Of a stretch of DNA of 52,330 bases, positions 1-8,714 are shown piece by piece; position 1 is the stretch's first letter, and each line of letters begins with the position of its first letter. Source of the DNA: a virus. Taxonomy: Duplodnaviria > Caudoviricetes. The notes under the pieces were generated by a model, which had not been told where the DNA came from, made no database searches, and worked only from the letters and a program-made list of their open reading frames with translations. A program made the translations under genes and the position numbers. The DNA lies in IMG/VR virus record IMGVR_UViG_3300030385_001830, positions 1 to 52,330 of that record; one strand, given 5' to 3'.

Positions 1-1
1 T

Positions 2-805
2 GAAAACGCCACTACCGGAAGCCAGATCATCACGATCAAGCAGGGTGCAGGTGCTACCGTTAATGTAGCAAGTGGTGCCCGTGCTTTGGTATATACGGAT
101 GGAGCGGGGGCCGGAGCCGCTGTATTTACAGCCGATCCGAGCCTTGTCGTTGACCTTACTTCAGAGGTCACCGGCACCCTCCCTGTTGGTAATGGTGGTA
201 CAGGGATTACCAGCTTGGCTACGGGTGTTGCAACCTTCCTTGGGACATCTTCATCAGCCAACCTTGCCAGTGCGGTAACTGACGAAACAGGATCAGGCTC
301 GTTAGTTTTTGCGACAAGCCCAACCCTTGTTACACCTGCTCTTGGAACACCGTCTGCTTTGGTGCTAACTAACGCTTCGGGCACAGTAACTAGCCTTACA
401 CTTGTTACCCCTGCTCTTGGCACACCCGCATCTGGTACGTTGTCTGGATGCACTGTTGACGGAACAGATGCGGTTGGTTTTAAGAACATTCCACAAAACA
501 GCAAAAGTGCAGATTACACTTTGGTTCTGGCTGACGCAGGAAAACATATATTTCACCCCTCTACTGATGGGACCATTCGGACTTACACCATCCCGGCTAA
601 TAGTTCAGTAGCTTATCCGATAGGTACTGCGGTAGTTTTTGTCAACATGACTTCTCAGGTCGTATCAATAGCGATTACATCCGACACTATGTATCTCGCC
701 AAAGATGGCACAACAGGTACTAGGTCACTGGCCCACTACGGGTCTGCGACAGCCCTTAAAATGACCGCAACAACGTGGCTTATATCGGGAAGCGCCTTAA
801 CATGA
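2..805 (+). CDS. Tail fibre protein, C-terminal part (5' truncated by window edge)
   Basis: Frame is open from base 2 (ENATTGSQIITIKQGAG...). Thr/Gly/Ala-rich with LVTPALGTP repeats and TDETGSGSLVFATSPTL, typical of phage fibres; ends in ...ATTWLISGSALT. Confidence 0.75.
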   Translation, partial: ENATTGSQIITIKQGAGATVNVASGARALVYTDGAGAGAAVFTADPSLVVDLTSEVTGTLPVGNGGTGITSLATGVATFLGTSSSANLASAVTDETGSGSLVFATSPTLVTPALGTPSALVLTNASGTVTSLTLVTPALGTPASGTLSGCTVDGTDAVGFKNIPQNSKSADYTLVLADAGKHIFHPSTDGTIRTYTIPANSSVAYPIGTAVVFVNMTSQVVSIAITSDTMYLAKDGTTGTRSLAHYGSATALKMTATTWLISGSALT

Positions 806-1848
806 GTGGCGCTCTTATAGGAGTTTTCAGAGCCTTTCGTACTTTTGCTGTTGTCGCTGATGCACCGGGGATTGGTACTGCCGCTGCAACCAGCACCACA
901 ACTGCAAATGTAGCATTTACGGCTCCCGCAAATGATGGTGGTGCGGCCATTACTTCCTATGTAGCTACCTCTACACCCGGAAGTATCACGGGCACACTAA
1001 GCCAATCTGGATCGGGGACGGTTGCGGTCACAGGGCTTACTGCATCTACAAGCTACACGTTTACTGTTCATGCTGTAAATAGTGTAGGTAATAGTGCAGA
1101 GAGTTCAGCAAGTAATTCAACCTCCACAACAGCAACAACTAGCCAAGTGGACTTTACGACTGCGGGGACATTCTCTTGGGTAGCGGTGGCCGGAGCATTT
1201 AATGTCTCTGTCATGGCTGTAGGGGGTGGTGGGTCCAGAGGTGGTGGTGGCCTTGGCTATAAAAACAATTACACTACAGTTCCCGCTAGTTCCTATACTG
1301 TTGAAGTTGGTTCGGGCAGTGCGGGCACTGGCGGTGATTCCTATTTTGTATCCAGTGGCACTGTAGAAGGAGAAGGCGGTGACGCTAGTGCTGGTGGCGG
1401 TAACACAGGCGACGGCGGCGGTGATGGTGGGCGTGGAGTGCCTTGGAATGGTGGTGGGGCTGCTGGTTACTCTGGCAATGGCGGCGCTGGCTCGGGAAAT
1501 CCAGGTAGTGGTGGCGGTGGCGGTAGTTCTGGCTACGATGGTTATTGTGGTAGTGGTGGCGGTGGCGGTGGTGTCGGCCTTTTAGGTGAAGGTTCTAATG
1601 GGGGGGCTGGTTCAAGCTGTAGCAATGCCCCCAGCGCCAGTTGTTGTGATCCGGGTGGCGGCGGAGGTGGTTCAGGTGGTGCTGCTGGTCAGACTCTTAG
1701 GGCTGGAGCGGGGGGTAATTACGGTGGTGGGGGCGGAACTAACGCTTGGGGGTCTGGCGGAACCGGGGCGGGAGCAAAGGGCGCGGTTCGCATTCTCTGG
1801 CCCGGAAGCTCACGTTCTTATCCCTCAACAAATACGGGGAACTTATAG
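802..1848 (+). CDS. Fibre/adhesin-like virion protein with FN3-like domain and glycine-rich domain
   Basis: ATG at 802 overlaps the upstream TGA. FN3-like motifs (FTAPANDGGAAITSY, VTGLTASTSYTFTVHAVNSVGNS) precede long GGxGG runs. Confidence 0.7.
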   Translation: MSGALIGVFRAFRTFAVVADAPGIGTAAATSTTTANVAFTAPANDGGAAITSYVATSTPGSITGTLSQSGSGTVAVTGLTASTSYTFTVHAVNSVGNSAESSASNSTSTTATTSQVDFTTAGTFSWVAVAGAFNVSVMAVGGGGSRGGGGLGYKNNYTTVPASSYTVEVGSGSAGTGGDSYFVSSGTVEGEGGDASAGGGNTGDGGGDGGRGVPWNGGGAAGYSGNGGAGSGNPGSGGGGGSSGYDGYCGSGGGGGGVGLLGEGSNGGAGSSCSNAPSASCCDPGGGGGGSGGAAGQTLRAGAGGNYGGGGGTNAWGSGGTGAGAKGAVRILWPGSSRSYPSTNTGNL

Positions 1849-2450
1849 TGAGGCTTTTTATACGCATTAAAAACGAAGTTCCTTTTGAGCATCCAATTTT
1901 GGAAGAGAACTTTATTCAGGCTTTTCCAGAAGTAGATATAAATAACTTACCTCCTGAATTTGTAGAGTTCATACGAATAGAAAAGCCAGAGCCGGGAACC
2001 TATGAGACTCATGTTTCCACAACCTACGAATTGGTTGATGGGATGTGTACGGATAAGCACGTAGCTCATGAAATGTCACCTGCGGAGAAGATAGAAAAAG
2101 ACGAGCTAATCCAAGCGGAAAGAGCCTTTTATATAAAAGAGTTACTAGCGGATTGGAAGAAAAAAGATCAAGTTTCAAACTGGGACGCCTTCATATTTGA
2201 CGAAACCGATCTCATCTTCGTTCCCCCAGTCCCTAGACCTGATGACGATGAAATCTATCGTTGGTCGGGTGGGGATAACAATTGGAGAGAAGAACCTGAA
2301 TATCCAAGTGACGGCGCGACATACACATTTGATTTTACTCAATGGATTTGGGTTGAGCTGCCGGAGGGCAAGACTTGGAAAGACGTTATGACTTACCCTG
2401 AGTGGCACTTCTTCAATAAAGTCACCAATTTTCCGCCACCCCATGATTAG
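1848..2450 (+). CDS. Hypothetical acidic tail-associated protein
   Basis: Likely GTG start at 1848, coupled to the upstream stop (VRLFIRIKNEVPFEHP); PPVPRP..YRW motif; tail module context. Confidence 0.55.
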   Translation: MRLFIRIKNEVPFEHPILEENFIQAFPEVDINNLPPEFVEFIRIEKPEPGTYETHVSTTYELVDGMCTDKHVAHEMSPAEKIEKDELIQAERAFYIKELLADWKKKDQVSNWDAFIFDETDLIFVPPVPRPDDDEIYRWSGGDNNWREEPEYPSDGATYTFDFTQWIWVELPEGKTWKDVMTYPEWHFFNKVTNFPPPHD

Positions 2451-3231
2451 TAAATTTATAGGGTTGAGCGGAATGATAAGAGGTGGTGCTACCTTATTAT
2501 CCGCAATCCTAGATCAGAACCCCGCTATTCATGCAGAAGGTAATAGCGCAGTTTGTCAGTTGATGTGGGATATGCAGCAGTCTTGTTATGGAGCAGCCAA
2601 TGAACAGCTTAATGGGGCTTATAGACTTCACACAACGGATGATCTGGTGGCCTCTATCCCCAATGTATATTACAAAGACATATCGGCCTCTATAGTTATG
2701 GATAAGTGTAGGACATGGACGCTCCCCGACAATATGGATATGTTGAAACGATATTTTAAAAACTCCCCGAAAGTTATAGTTTTAGAAAGACCAATCATTG
2801 ATGTAATTAAGTCCTTAGTGGCACAGAAAAGGCGAAGCGGTAACAGCACTTTCGAGATGCTGGAAAATTTTACAAAAGGGATTGATAAATGGCTAATACC
2901 GCCGTTAACCGGACTTAACTGGGCTAGACAGAATAACAACGGTGAGTTCTTGTTTATTAAATATGATGATTTAGTGGACAACCCTCAAGATGTTTTAGAT
3001 TCCATTTATAGCTTTTGTGGGATAAAACCATTTAAGCATGACCTAACAAGCATAAAGAATAACCATCCCGACAATGACGAATTCTTTTATAAAAATGCAG
3101 GGTTACACGATGTTCGACCAACAATTAGTCGTCGTAAGATTGATGTTGAACTTTCGGATGATGTTATTCAGAGATGCGCCGTGTTGCAACAATTAACACT
3201 GGAAAACAGTAATTCGCATTTGCGTCCATAG
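2443..3231 (+). CDS. Sulfotransferase family protein
   Basis: N-terminal GMIRGGATLLSAILDQNP resembles the PAPS-binding loop; also DKCRTW, KVIVLERP..DV..S and IKYDDLVDNP motifs. Confidence 0.8.
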   Translation: MISKFIGLSGMIRGGATLLSAILDQNPAIHAEGNSAVCQLMWDMQQSCYGAANEQLNGAYRLHTTDDLVASIPNVYYKDISASIVMDKCRTWTLPDNMDMLKRYFKNSPKVIVLERPIIDVIKSLVAQKRRSGNSTFEMLENFTKGIDKWLIPPLTGLNWARQNNNGEFLFIKYDDLVDNPQDVLDSIYSFCGIKPFKHDLTSIKNNHPDNDEFFYKNAGLHDVRPTISRRKIDVELSDDVIQRCAVLQQLTLENSNSHLRP

Positions 3232-3239
3232 GCCAAGAG

Positions 3240-3782
3240 ATGAATTTTGAAGGGAATTTTAAGGTTCTACAAGAAAACGCTGAGGTGGCGGCTTTGGCAG
3301 AATTCTGTAACGGAATAACTCCCGAACAATGGGATGTATGGGACCATCGACAGAACACATTTGGCGCACACAGGGACACAAAAACATTTCCTCTTGTGTG
3401 GAGTAGTTTAGACACTATCACCTTACCTACTGTCTTAATGAATGTTGATTCTTTAGCCGCGAAATTAGTGCAGCCATTTATTGCATTCCTTGAGAATCTT
3501 TATAGCGGGATTGTGTACAAGGCGATGCTCACACTATTACCTGATGGGGGCAAAATTATTCCTCATGCAGATAGGGGGGTAGGTCTTTTAACTATCCACA
3601 GGTGTCACCTCGTAGTAACCGCAGAAACTGGAACTGACTTTATGGTGGGTGATGTAAATAAGTATTTTGCTCCCGGCACTTTGTTTGAGTTTAACAACTC
3701 CCGTGTGCATTCTGTAACAAATAATTCGGAGGCAGATAGAGTTCATTTAATAATAGATATTCTACCAATGGCACTTAGCTGA
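3240..3782 (+). CDS. Aspartyl/asparaginyl beta-hydroxylase-like 2OG-Fe(II) oxygenase
   Basis: HAD...H facial triad (IIPHADRG; RVHSVTN) and C-terminal RVHLIID. Confidence 0.8.
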   Translation: MNFEGNFKVLQENAEVAALAEFCNGITPEQWDVWDHRQNTFGAHRDTKTFPLVWSSLDTITLPTVLMNVDSLAAKLVQPFIAFLENLYSGIVYKAMLTLLPDGGKIIPHADRGVGLLTIHRCHLVVTAETGTDFMVGDVNKYFAPGTLFEFNNSRVHSVTNNSEADRVHLIIDILPMALS

Positions 3783-4015
3783 TGACTATACCTTCTAGTG
3801 TCTATCCTTGGCGCGACCGCGTTGTTAGGTCTTCCCCCTTCTCCCGCGTGTTAAGATCATCTCGCAGGGAGAGGTTAGCTACGTGTAAGGAATGCCCCCG
3901 ATATATTAAGGCGGTTAAGGTGTGTGAAGAATGTGGATGTTTTATACCAGCTAAAACTTGGTTTAAAGGGCAAAGCTGCCCCCTTGGTAAATGGAAAGAA
4001 ATTGAATTTGACTAA
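3782..4015 (+). CDS. Small Cys-rich metal-binding protein (DUF6171-like)
   Basis: RLATCKECP...CEECGCF...CPLGKW. Confidence 0.65.
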   Translation: MTIPSSVYPWRDRVVRSSPFSRVLRSSRRERLATCKECPRYIKAVKVCEECGCFIPAKTWFKGQSCPLGKWKEIEFD

Positions 4016-4640
4016 TGAATGGTATTTTTTTACTGAGGCGCTAAACAAAGAAACTTGCAACCGAATAATAAAATTAGGAGACAAGGGCTTTGAAAAAGCT
4101 ACAATAGAAAAAAGTAATGGGGGAGCTACCGCCCAAGAAAGAATAGAGGGTAAAAAACCCGAAGAAGAATTAAATAAAAATATTAGAACAAGTGATATTG
4201 CGTGGGTAGCGGATCAATGGGTATATGACTTAATATGGCCCTACATGGTCACAGCAAACGAACAAGCGGGTTGGAAATATGACATCAAAGCCGCTGAAAC
4301 AATCCAGATAACTCGTTACAAAAAAGGCGGCTTCTACGGATTTCACAAGGACGGAAGAAGTGACAATTTATCTGCTTATAATCGGCCCGACCATTCTTTC
4401 CTACACGGAAATGTTAGAAAATTGAGCATGAGTATCCTCTTAAATGATGATTACGAAGGAGGGGATTTTGAGTTCACCACGTTAAACCCAGAAGGGAAAA
4501 GCGTAATGAAAGCATCCGATTTGTATAAGGCAGGTTCTATTATAGTGTTTCCTTCTTTTATGATGCACGGAGTTAAACCAATAACTAGAGGAGTTAGAGA
4601 CTCACTTGTTGCATGGTTTATAGGGCCACCGTTTAAATGA
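4002..4640 (+). CDS. PKHD-type / prolyl-hydroxylase-like 2OG-Fe(II) oxygenase
   Basis: FHKD, RKLSMSILLNDDYEGGDF and IVFPSFMMHGVKP..RDSLVAW motifs; probable TTG start at 4002 (track ORF begins at 3924). Confidence 0.85.
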   Translation: MNLTNEWYFFTEALNKETCNRIIKLGDKGFEKATIEKSNGGATAQERIEGKKPEEELNKNIRTSDIAWVADQWVYDLIWPYMVTANEQAGWKYDIKAAETIQITRYKKGGFYGFHKDGRSDNLSAYNRPDHSFLHGNVRKLSMSILLNDDYEGGDFEFTTLNPEGKSVMKASDLYKAGSIIVFPSFMMHGVKPITRGVRDSLVAWFIGPPFK

Positions 4641-4867
4641 CTAATAGACAACCCTCAATGCGCTCGGATTTACAGGATGTTCTTATCACTGTTGCGCGTA
4701 TTGATGAGCGTATTGTGACGATGTTTAACCGCCAGGAATCTACAGAAGAACGTGTAAATTCTATGGATGAGAAAATTCAAAAAATGAGTCCTTCGGTTAA
4801 ATTCGGGGAGCGGGTTTTTTGGATTGTTTTAGCGGTTATAGCCACAGTAGCAGGAAGGATGTACTAA
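4637..4867 (+). CDS. Small coiled-coil protein with C-terminal transmembrane helix (possible holin-like)
   Basis: Coiled coil followed by VFWIVLAVIATVAG. Confidence 0.5.
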   Translation: MTNRQPSMRSDLQDVLITVARIDERIVTMFNRQESTEERVNSMDEKIQKMSPSVKFGERVFWIVLAVIATVAGRMY

Positions 4868-6793
4868 ATGCCTTTTGCAAAATTAGAATTCCGTCCTGGA
4901 ATAGTAAGAGATACTACTTCCTATACTAATGAAGGCGGCTGGTTCGATTCTGATAAAATCCGGTTCCGTTCAAATTTACCCCAAAAAATAGGGGGGTGGG
5001 CCAAGTACTCTATTTCCAGTTTTTTAGGCAAATGCAGGTCTATTTTTTCCTTCTTATCTTTAGTTGGCACCAAGTTTTTGGGAGTAGGGACGGGCCTTAA
5101 ATTCTATATTGAGGAAGGGGGTCTTTTTTATGATGTTACCCCTATCCGTGTTATTACAGCGGCGGGCGATGTAACTTTTGCCGCCAGCAATGGCTCTTCT
5201 ACCATTACCATTACGGATCTTGTTCATGGCGCAATAGAAAATGATTTTGTGACGTTCTCCGGTGCAGCCACCCTTGGCGGCGTCATTACTGCGGATGTAC
5301 TTAATCAGGAATACGAGGTTGTAAATGTGGCGACAGCTAATTCCTATACCATACAGGCAAGAGACGCCGGAACCTCTATTCAAAGCATTACAGTAGATGG
5401 ACAGCTTGTTCCTAGTCTTGTAACAGCAAATGTTTCCGATACGGGTAATGGTGGGGGTTCGATTGTTGGAACTTATCAGATTAATACAGGATTAGCAGTA
5501 GCAGTTACCGGCACAGGTTGGGGTGCAGGAACATGGAGTGCAGGAACATGGGGAACCCCAACACCTTTAACTGTTGCTAATACCTTGCGTATTTGGTCAC
5601 AAGATAATTTTGGTGAAGACCTTATTTTTAATGCCCGAGACGGGGGTATTTATTACTGGGATACCAGTGTTGATACGCTAGGCACAGATAGAGGAATTGC
5701 CCTTTCTGATTTAGCGGGAGCTGATGCAGGTACGCCTACGTTGGCTAAACAAGTGTTAGTAAGTAATAGAGATAGACACATTATAGTGTTGGGGTGTGAT
5801 GCGGCAGCTTCTTTAGGAACCTTAGACCCTTTACTCATTCGGTTTAGTAGTCAAGAATCGGCAACTATATGGGACACTCAGGTAGAAAACTCAGCAGGTG
5901 ATTTACGGGTAGGTGCAGGAACACAAATTATTTGTGCAGTAGAAACACGCCAATATGTGTTGATTTTTACTGATGTAAGTGTTCACACTATGCAATACCT
6001 AGGCCCTCCGTTTACCTTTGGCATTGACCAGATTTCAGAGAACACCACGATTGCAGGGCCATTAGCAGCCAAAGCCGTGGATGATATGGTGTTTTGGATG
6101 GGCCTGGAAGAGTTTTACATATACACCGGACAGGTACAAAAATTGCCATGCACGGTTTTAACGTATGTTTTTAATGACTTTAATTTAGAGCAAACAGAGC
6201 AGGTTACAGCAGCGTTAAATTCTTCTTTTTCTGAGGTTTGGTGGTTTTATTGTTCGGCTGCTTCTGCTGTGCAGGACAAGTATGTAGTTTATAACTACGA
6301 GTCTCAAGTGTGGTATTACGGCACTTTATCGCGCACTGCATGGATAGATAGAGGTAAGAATACTTACCCTATTGCTGCCAGTACAGATGGATATTTATAT
6401 AACCATGAGTTTGGTTTGGATGATGGATCTACTACCCCTCCCACTGCTATAGACAGTTATATAGAAAGCAGCCAGATGGATATAGGAGATGGTGAAAAGT
6501 TTGTGTTTTTAAGCCGTTTAATACCTGATTTAACCTTTACCGATTCTACAGACTCAAGTGCCAGTGTAGATATGACCCTTAAAACCCGTAACTATCCGGG
6601 AGGGACTTATTTGCAAAGTGACTCTACCACTATTACCAAAACTGCGTCCGCACCTGTGCAGGAGTTTACTAATCAGGTAAACATTCGGTTACGGGGCAGG
6701 TCGTTTGCATTAAAGGTACAGTCTAGTGGTACGGGTATTCAATGGAGATTAGGAACGCCCCGAGTAGAAATAAGGGAGGATGGTAGAAGATGA
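4868..6793 (+). CDS. Tail tubular / packaged-DNA stabilisation protein (P22 gp10-like)
   Basis: 641 aa, beta-rich; N-terminal FRPGIVRD..YTNEGGWFDSDKIRF and C-terminal WRLGTPRVEIREDGRR; lies before the ejection proteins. Confidence 0.7.
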   Translation: MPFAKLEFRPGIVRDTTSYTNEGGWFDSDKIRFRSNLPQKIGGWAKYSISSFLGKCRSIFSFLSLVGTKFLGVGTGLKFYIEEGGLFYDVTPIRVITAAGDVTFAASNGSSTITITDLVHGAIENDFVTFSGAATLGGVITADVLNQEYEVVNVATANSYTIQARDAGTSIQSITVDGQLVPSLVTANVSDTGNGGGSIVGTYQINTGLAVAVTGTGWGAGTWSAGTWGTPTPLTVANTLRIWSQDNFGEDLIFNARDGGIYYWDTSVDTLGTDRGIALSDLAGADAGTPTLAKQVLVSNRDRHIIVLGCDAAASLGTLDPLLIRFSSQESATIWDTQVENSAGDLRVGAGTQIICAVETRQYVLIFTDVSVHTMQYLGPPFTFGIDQISENTTIAGPLAAKAVDDMVFWMGLEEFYIYTGQVQKLPCTVLTYVFNDFNLEQTEQVTAALNSSFSEVWWFYCSAASAVQDKYVVYNYESQVWYYGTLSRTAWIDRGKNTYPIAASTDGYLYNHEFGLDDGSTTPPTAIDSYIESSQMDIGDGEKFVFLSRLIPDLTFTDSTDSSASVDMTLKTRNYPGGTYLQSDSTTITKTASAPVQEFTNQVNIRLRGRSFALKVQSSGTGIQWRLGTPRVEIREDGRR

Positions 6794-7086
6794 CGCGCCA
6801 AGTTGTTCGCCCATTTTTCCCTGTTGCGCCGCCAAAATACAATTCAAGTTACATGGCAAATGTGGTACATGCGTTTAGTGTGTTTTTGGAGCAGGTGCAG
6901 AATCCTGGAGATTTAAGAGCTACCACTTTAACCCTAACAGAGCTACCAATTAGCGATGCAGGGTTGGAAACGGGAGCTCTTTTTCAGGTTTCTGGAGTAG
7001 TACATATAGCATTAGTTAATATAGCTTACCCCGCAGGGATAAGTGCTACGAGTGCGGTAGGTAGTGTTACAGTAGTTACAACTTAG
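6790..7086 (+). CDS. Hypothetical virion protein
   Basis: 98-aa ORF coupled to the upstream gene in the structural operon. Confidence 0.55.
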   Translation: MTRQVVRPFFPVAPPKYNSSYMANVVHAFSVFLEQVQNPGDLRATTLTLTELPISDAGLETGALFQVSGVVHIALVNIAYPAGISATSAVGSVTVVTT

Positions 7087-7184
7087 TTGTCAGGCTTTTA
7101 GGGGGCAGGTATGATGCAAACAGCGTTTTACAGGAAAATCGCTACTCCTGCATCTAAAAATATACACTTAAACGGTGCTAAAAA

Positions 7185-8714
7185 ATGCAGGGTATAGCCA
7201 CACTTAACTACAATCTCCTCTCTGGTATTCAAGCTACGTCGGCCATGCACAATGCTGCCAAGATTTTGGCGGAGATGGGCCGCGAGGAAGATATGTACGT
7301 TGTCCATGCCGCAGAGGGAGAAACAGTTCTCCCAATGGAGGTGATGGAAGCTAACCCCAAGATGGCTGAAATGATTTATACCCAGTTAAGAGAGATGGGG
7401 CTAGATCCACAACGGTACATTGTAGGTAATGAATTAAACAGTATTAACCCCGAAACAGGAATGCCTGAGTTTTTCCTCAGTGGGTTGTGGAAGGGTATTA
7501 AGAAAATTGCAAAAGTGGTATTGCCTATTTTAGCTACTGTGTGGCTAACCAGTATGGGTATTCCCCTGCCGGTATCAAGTGCCATTGTTAGTGGTACGAG
7601 TACTGCTATACAGGGAGGTAGTACAGGGGATGTATTGAAGTCGGCGGCAACAGGCTATGCGTTAGCGGCTGTTACTCAGGCTGGTATTAAAGGAATGCAA
7701 GCTCCTGCGGGACAAAGAGTTAGTACGGGTTTGGAGTCGTTGGGACAGAGTGTTACGCAACCCTTTACACCACAGCCCATGTTTACAGGAACATCTGGGG
7801 CGCAAGCGGGAGCTCCAGCTGGTGGTACATTGGGTGGAACTTCTGGTACGCAATTTACTAACCAACAACTTATAGACTTTGCCAATAGCCCCCTCTCTTC
7901 CGCATCAAATTTACCTCCCCCTGTTTTAGGAAACACACTATCAGGAGCCACAGGTACAGGAGGTTACACCACAGCTGACCTTTCTAGCTTACAACAAGCT
8001 GCTGTAACGGGAGGAATGAAAATTACTCCTACAGGAGTACAAAGTCCAGCGGCAGCGGGTACCGCTGCGGGTGGTGCGGGTGGTGATGGTTTATGGCAGA
8101 AGACTAAAGATTTTTACGGAGAACATATCAGCCCAAGCCGTCCAGGACTACCTGCAGATGCTGGTATGCTACAAAAATACGGCCCTCTAGCCGCTACGGT
8201 TACAGGCGGGGCAGCAGCCCTAGGTGCTTTTGATGAACAACCATTCTTGGGAGAAGAGGATATAGAATCCTATGCCACAACAGGTGAGGATTTGCTCTAT
8301 TCCCAGCCTGACCGCTACATGTATAATTTTGCAGATTTTGTAGGCCGTAACCCGTTTTATCAAAGAGGCCCACCATCACAAACGGGTACTCCTACTCCTA
8401 CTTCTTCTACACCTAACCTGTTAGCCAGTGGCCCTGCACAAATGGGGCTTGGAGCTCCTCCTAATATATTGGCTGGTACGCCTTATGCTCAGTCTGCTTC
8501 GCGGAAAGCACTCAATGCTTATATTGCAGGAGCGCGTGAAGGCGGGGCTATTAATGGAGCGGGGTCAGGACAAAGTGATTCTATTCCCGCTATGTTAAGT
8601 GATGGTGAATTTGTAATGACAGCCAAGGCAGTAAGAAACGCAGGAAATGGAGATAGAAGACAGGGAGCTAAGAAAATGTACAGAATGATGCACCGCTTGG
8701 AGGGGAGAGGATAA
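7185..8714 (+). CDS. Internal virion / DNA transfer protein
   Basis: SINPETGMPEFF and GGAINGAGSGQSDSIPAMLSDGEFVMTAKAVR motifs, hydrophobic segment, Gly/Ala-rich. Confidence 0.6.
   Translation: MQGIATLNYNLLSGIQATSAMHNAAKILAEMGREEDMYVVHAAEGETVLPMEVMEANPKMAEMIYTQLREMGLDPQRYIVGNELNSINPETGMPEFFLSGLWKGIKKIAKVVLPILATVWLTSMGIPLPVSSAIVSGTSTAIQGGSTGDVLKSAATGYALAAVTQAGIKGMQAPAGQRVSTGLESLGQSVTQPFTPQPMFTGTSGAQAGAPAGGTLGGTSGTQFTNQQLIDFANSPLSSASNLPPPVLGNTLSGATGTGGYTTADLSSLQQAAVTGGMKITPTGVQSPAAAGTAAGGAGGDGLWQKTKDFYGEHISPSRPGLPADAGMLQKYGPLAATVTGGAAALGAFDEQPFLGEEDIESYATTGEDLLYSQPDRYMYNFADFVGRNPFYQRGPPSQTGTPTPTSSTPNLLASGPAQMGLGAPPNILAGTPYAQSASRKALNAYIAGAREGGAINGAGSGQSDSIPAMLSDGEFVMTAKAVRNAGNGDRRQGAKKMYRMMHRLEGRG

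Noticed and set aside
326-426. Template/variable repeat of a diversity-generating retroelement in the tail fibre
   Set aside because: Short LVTPALGTP coding repeats with synonymous differences; no reverse transcriptase in the window
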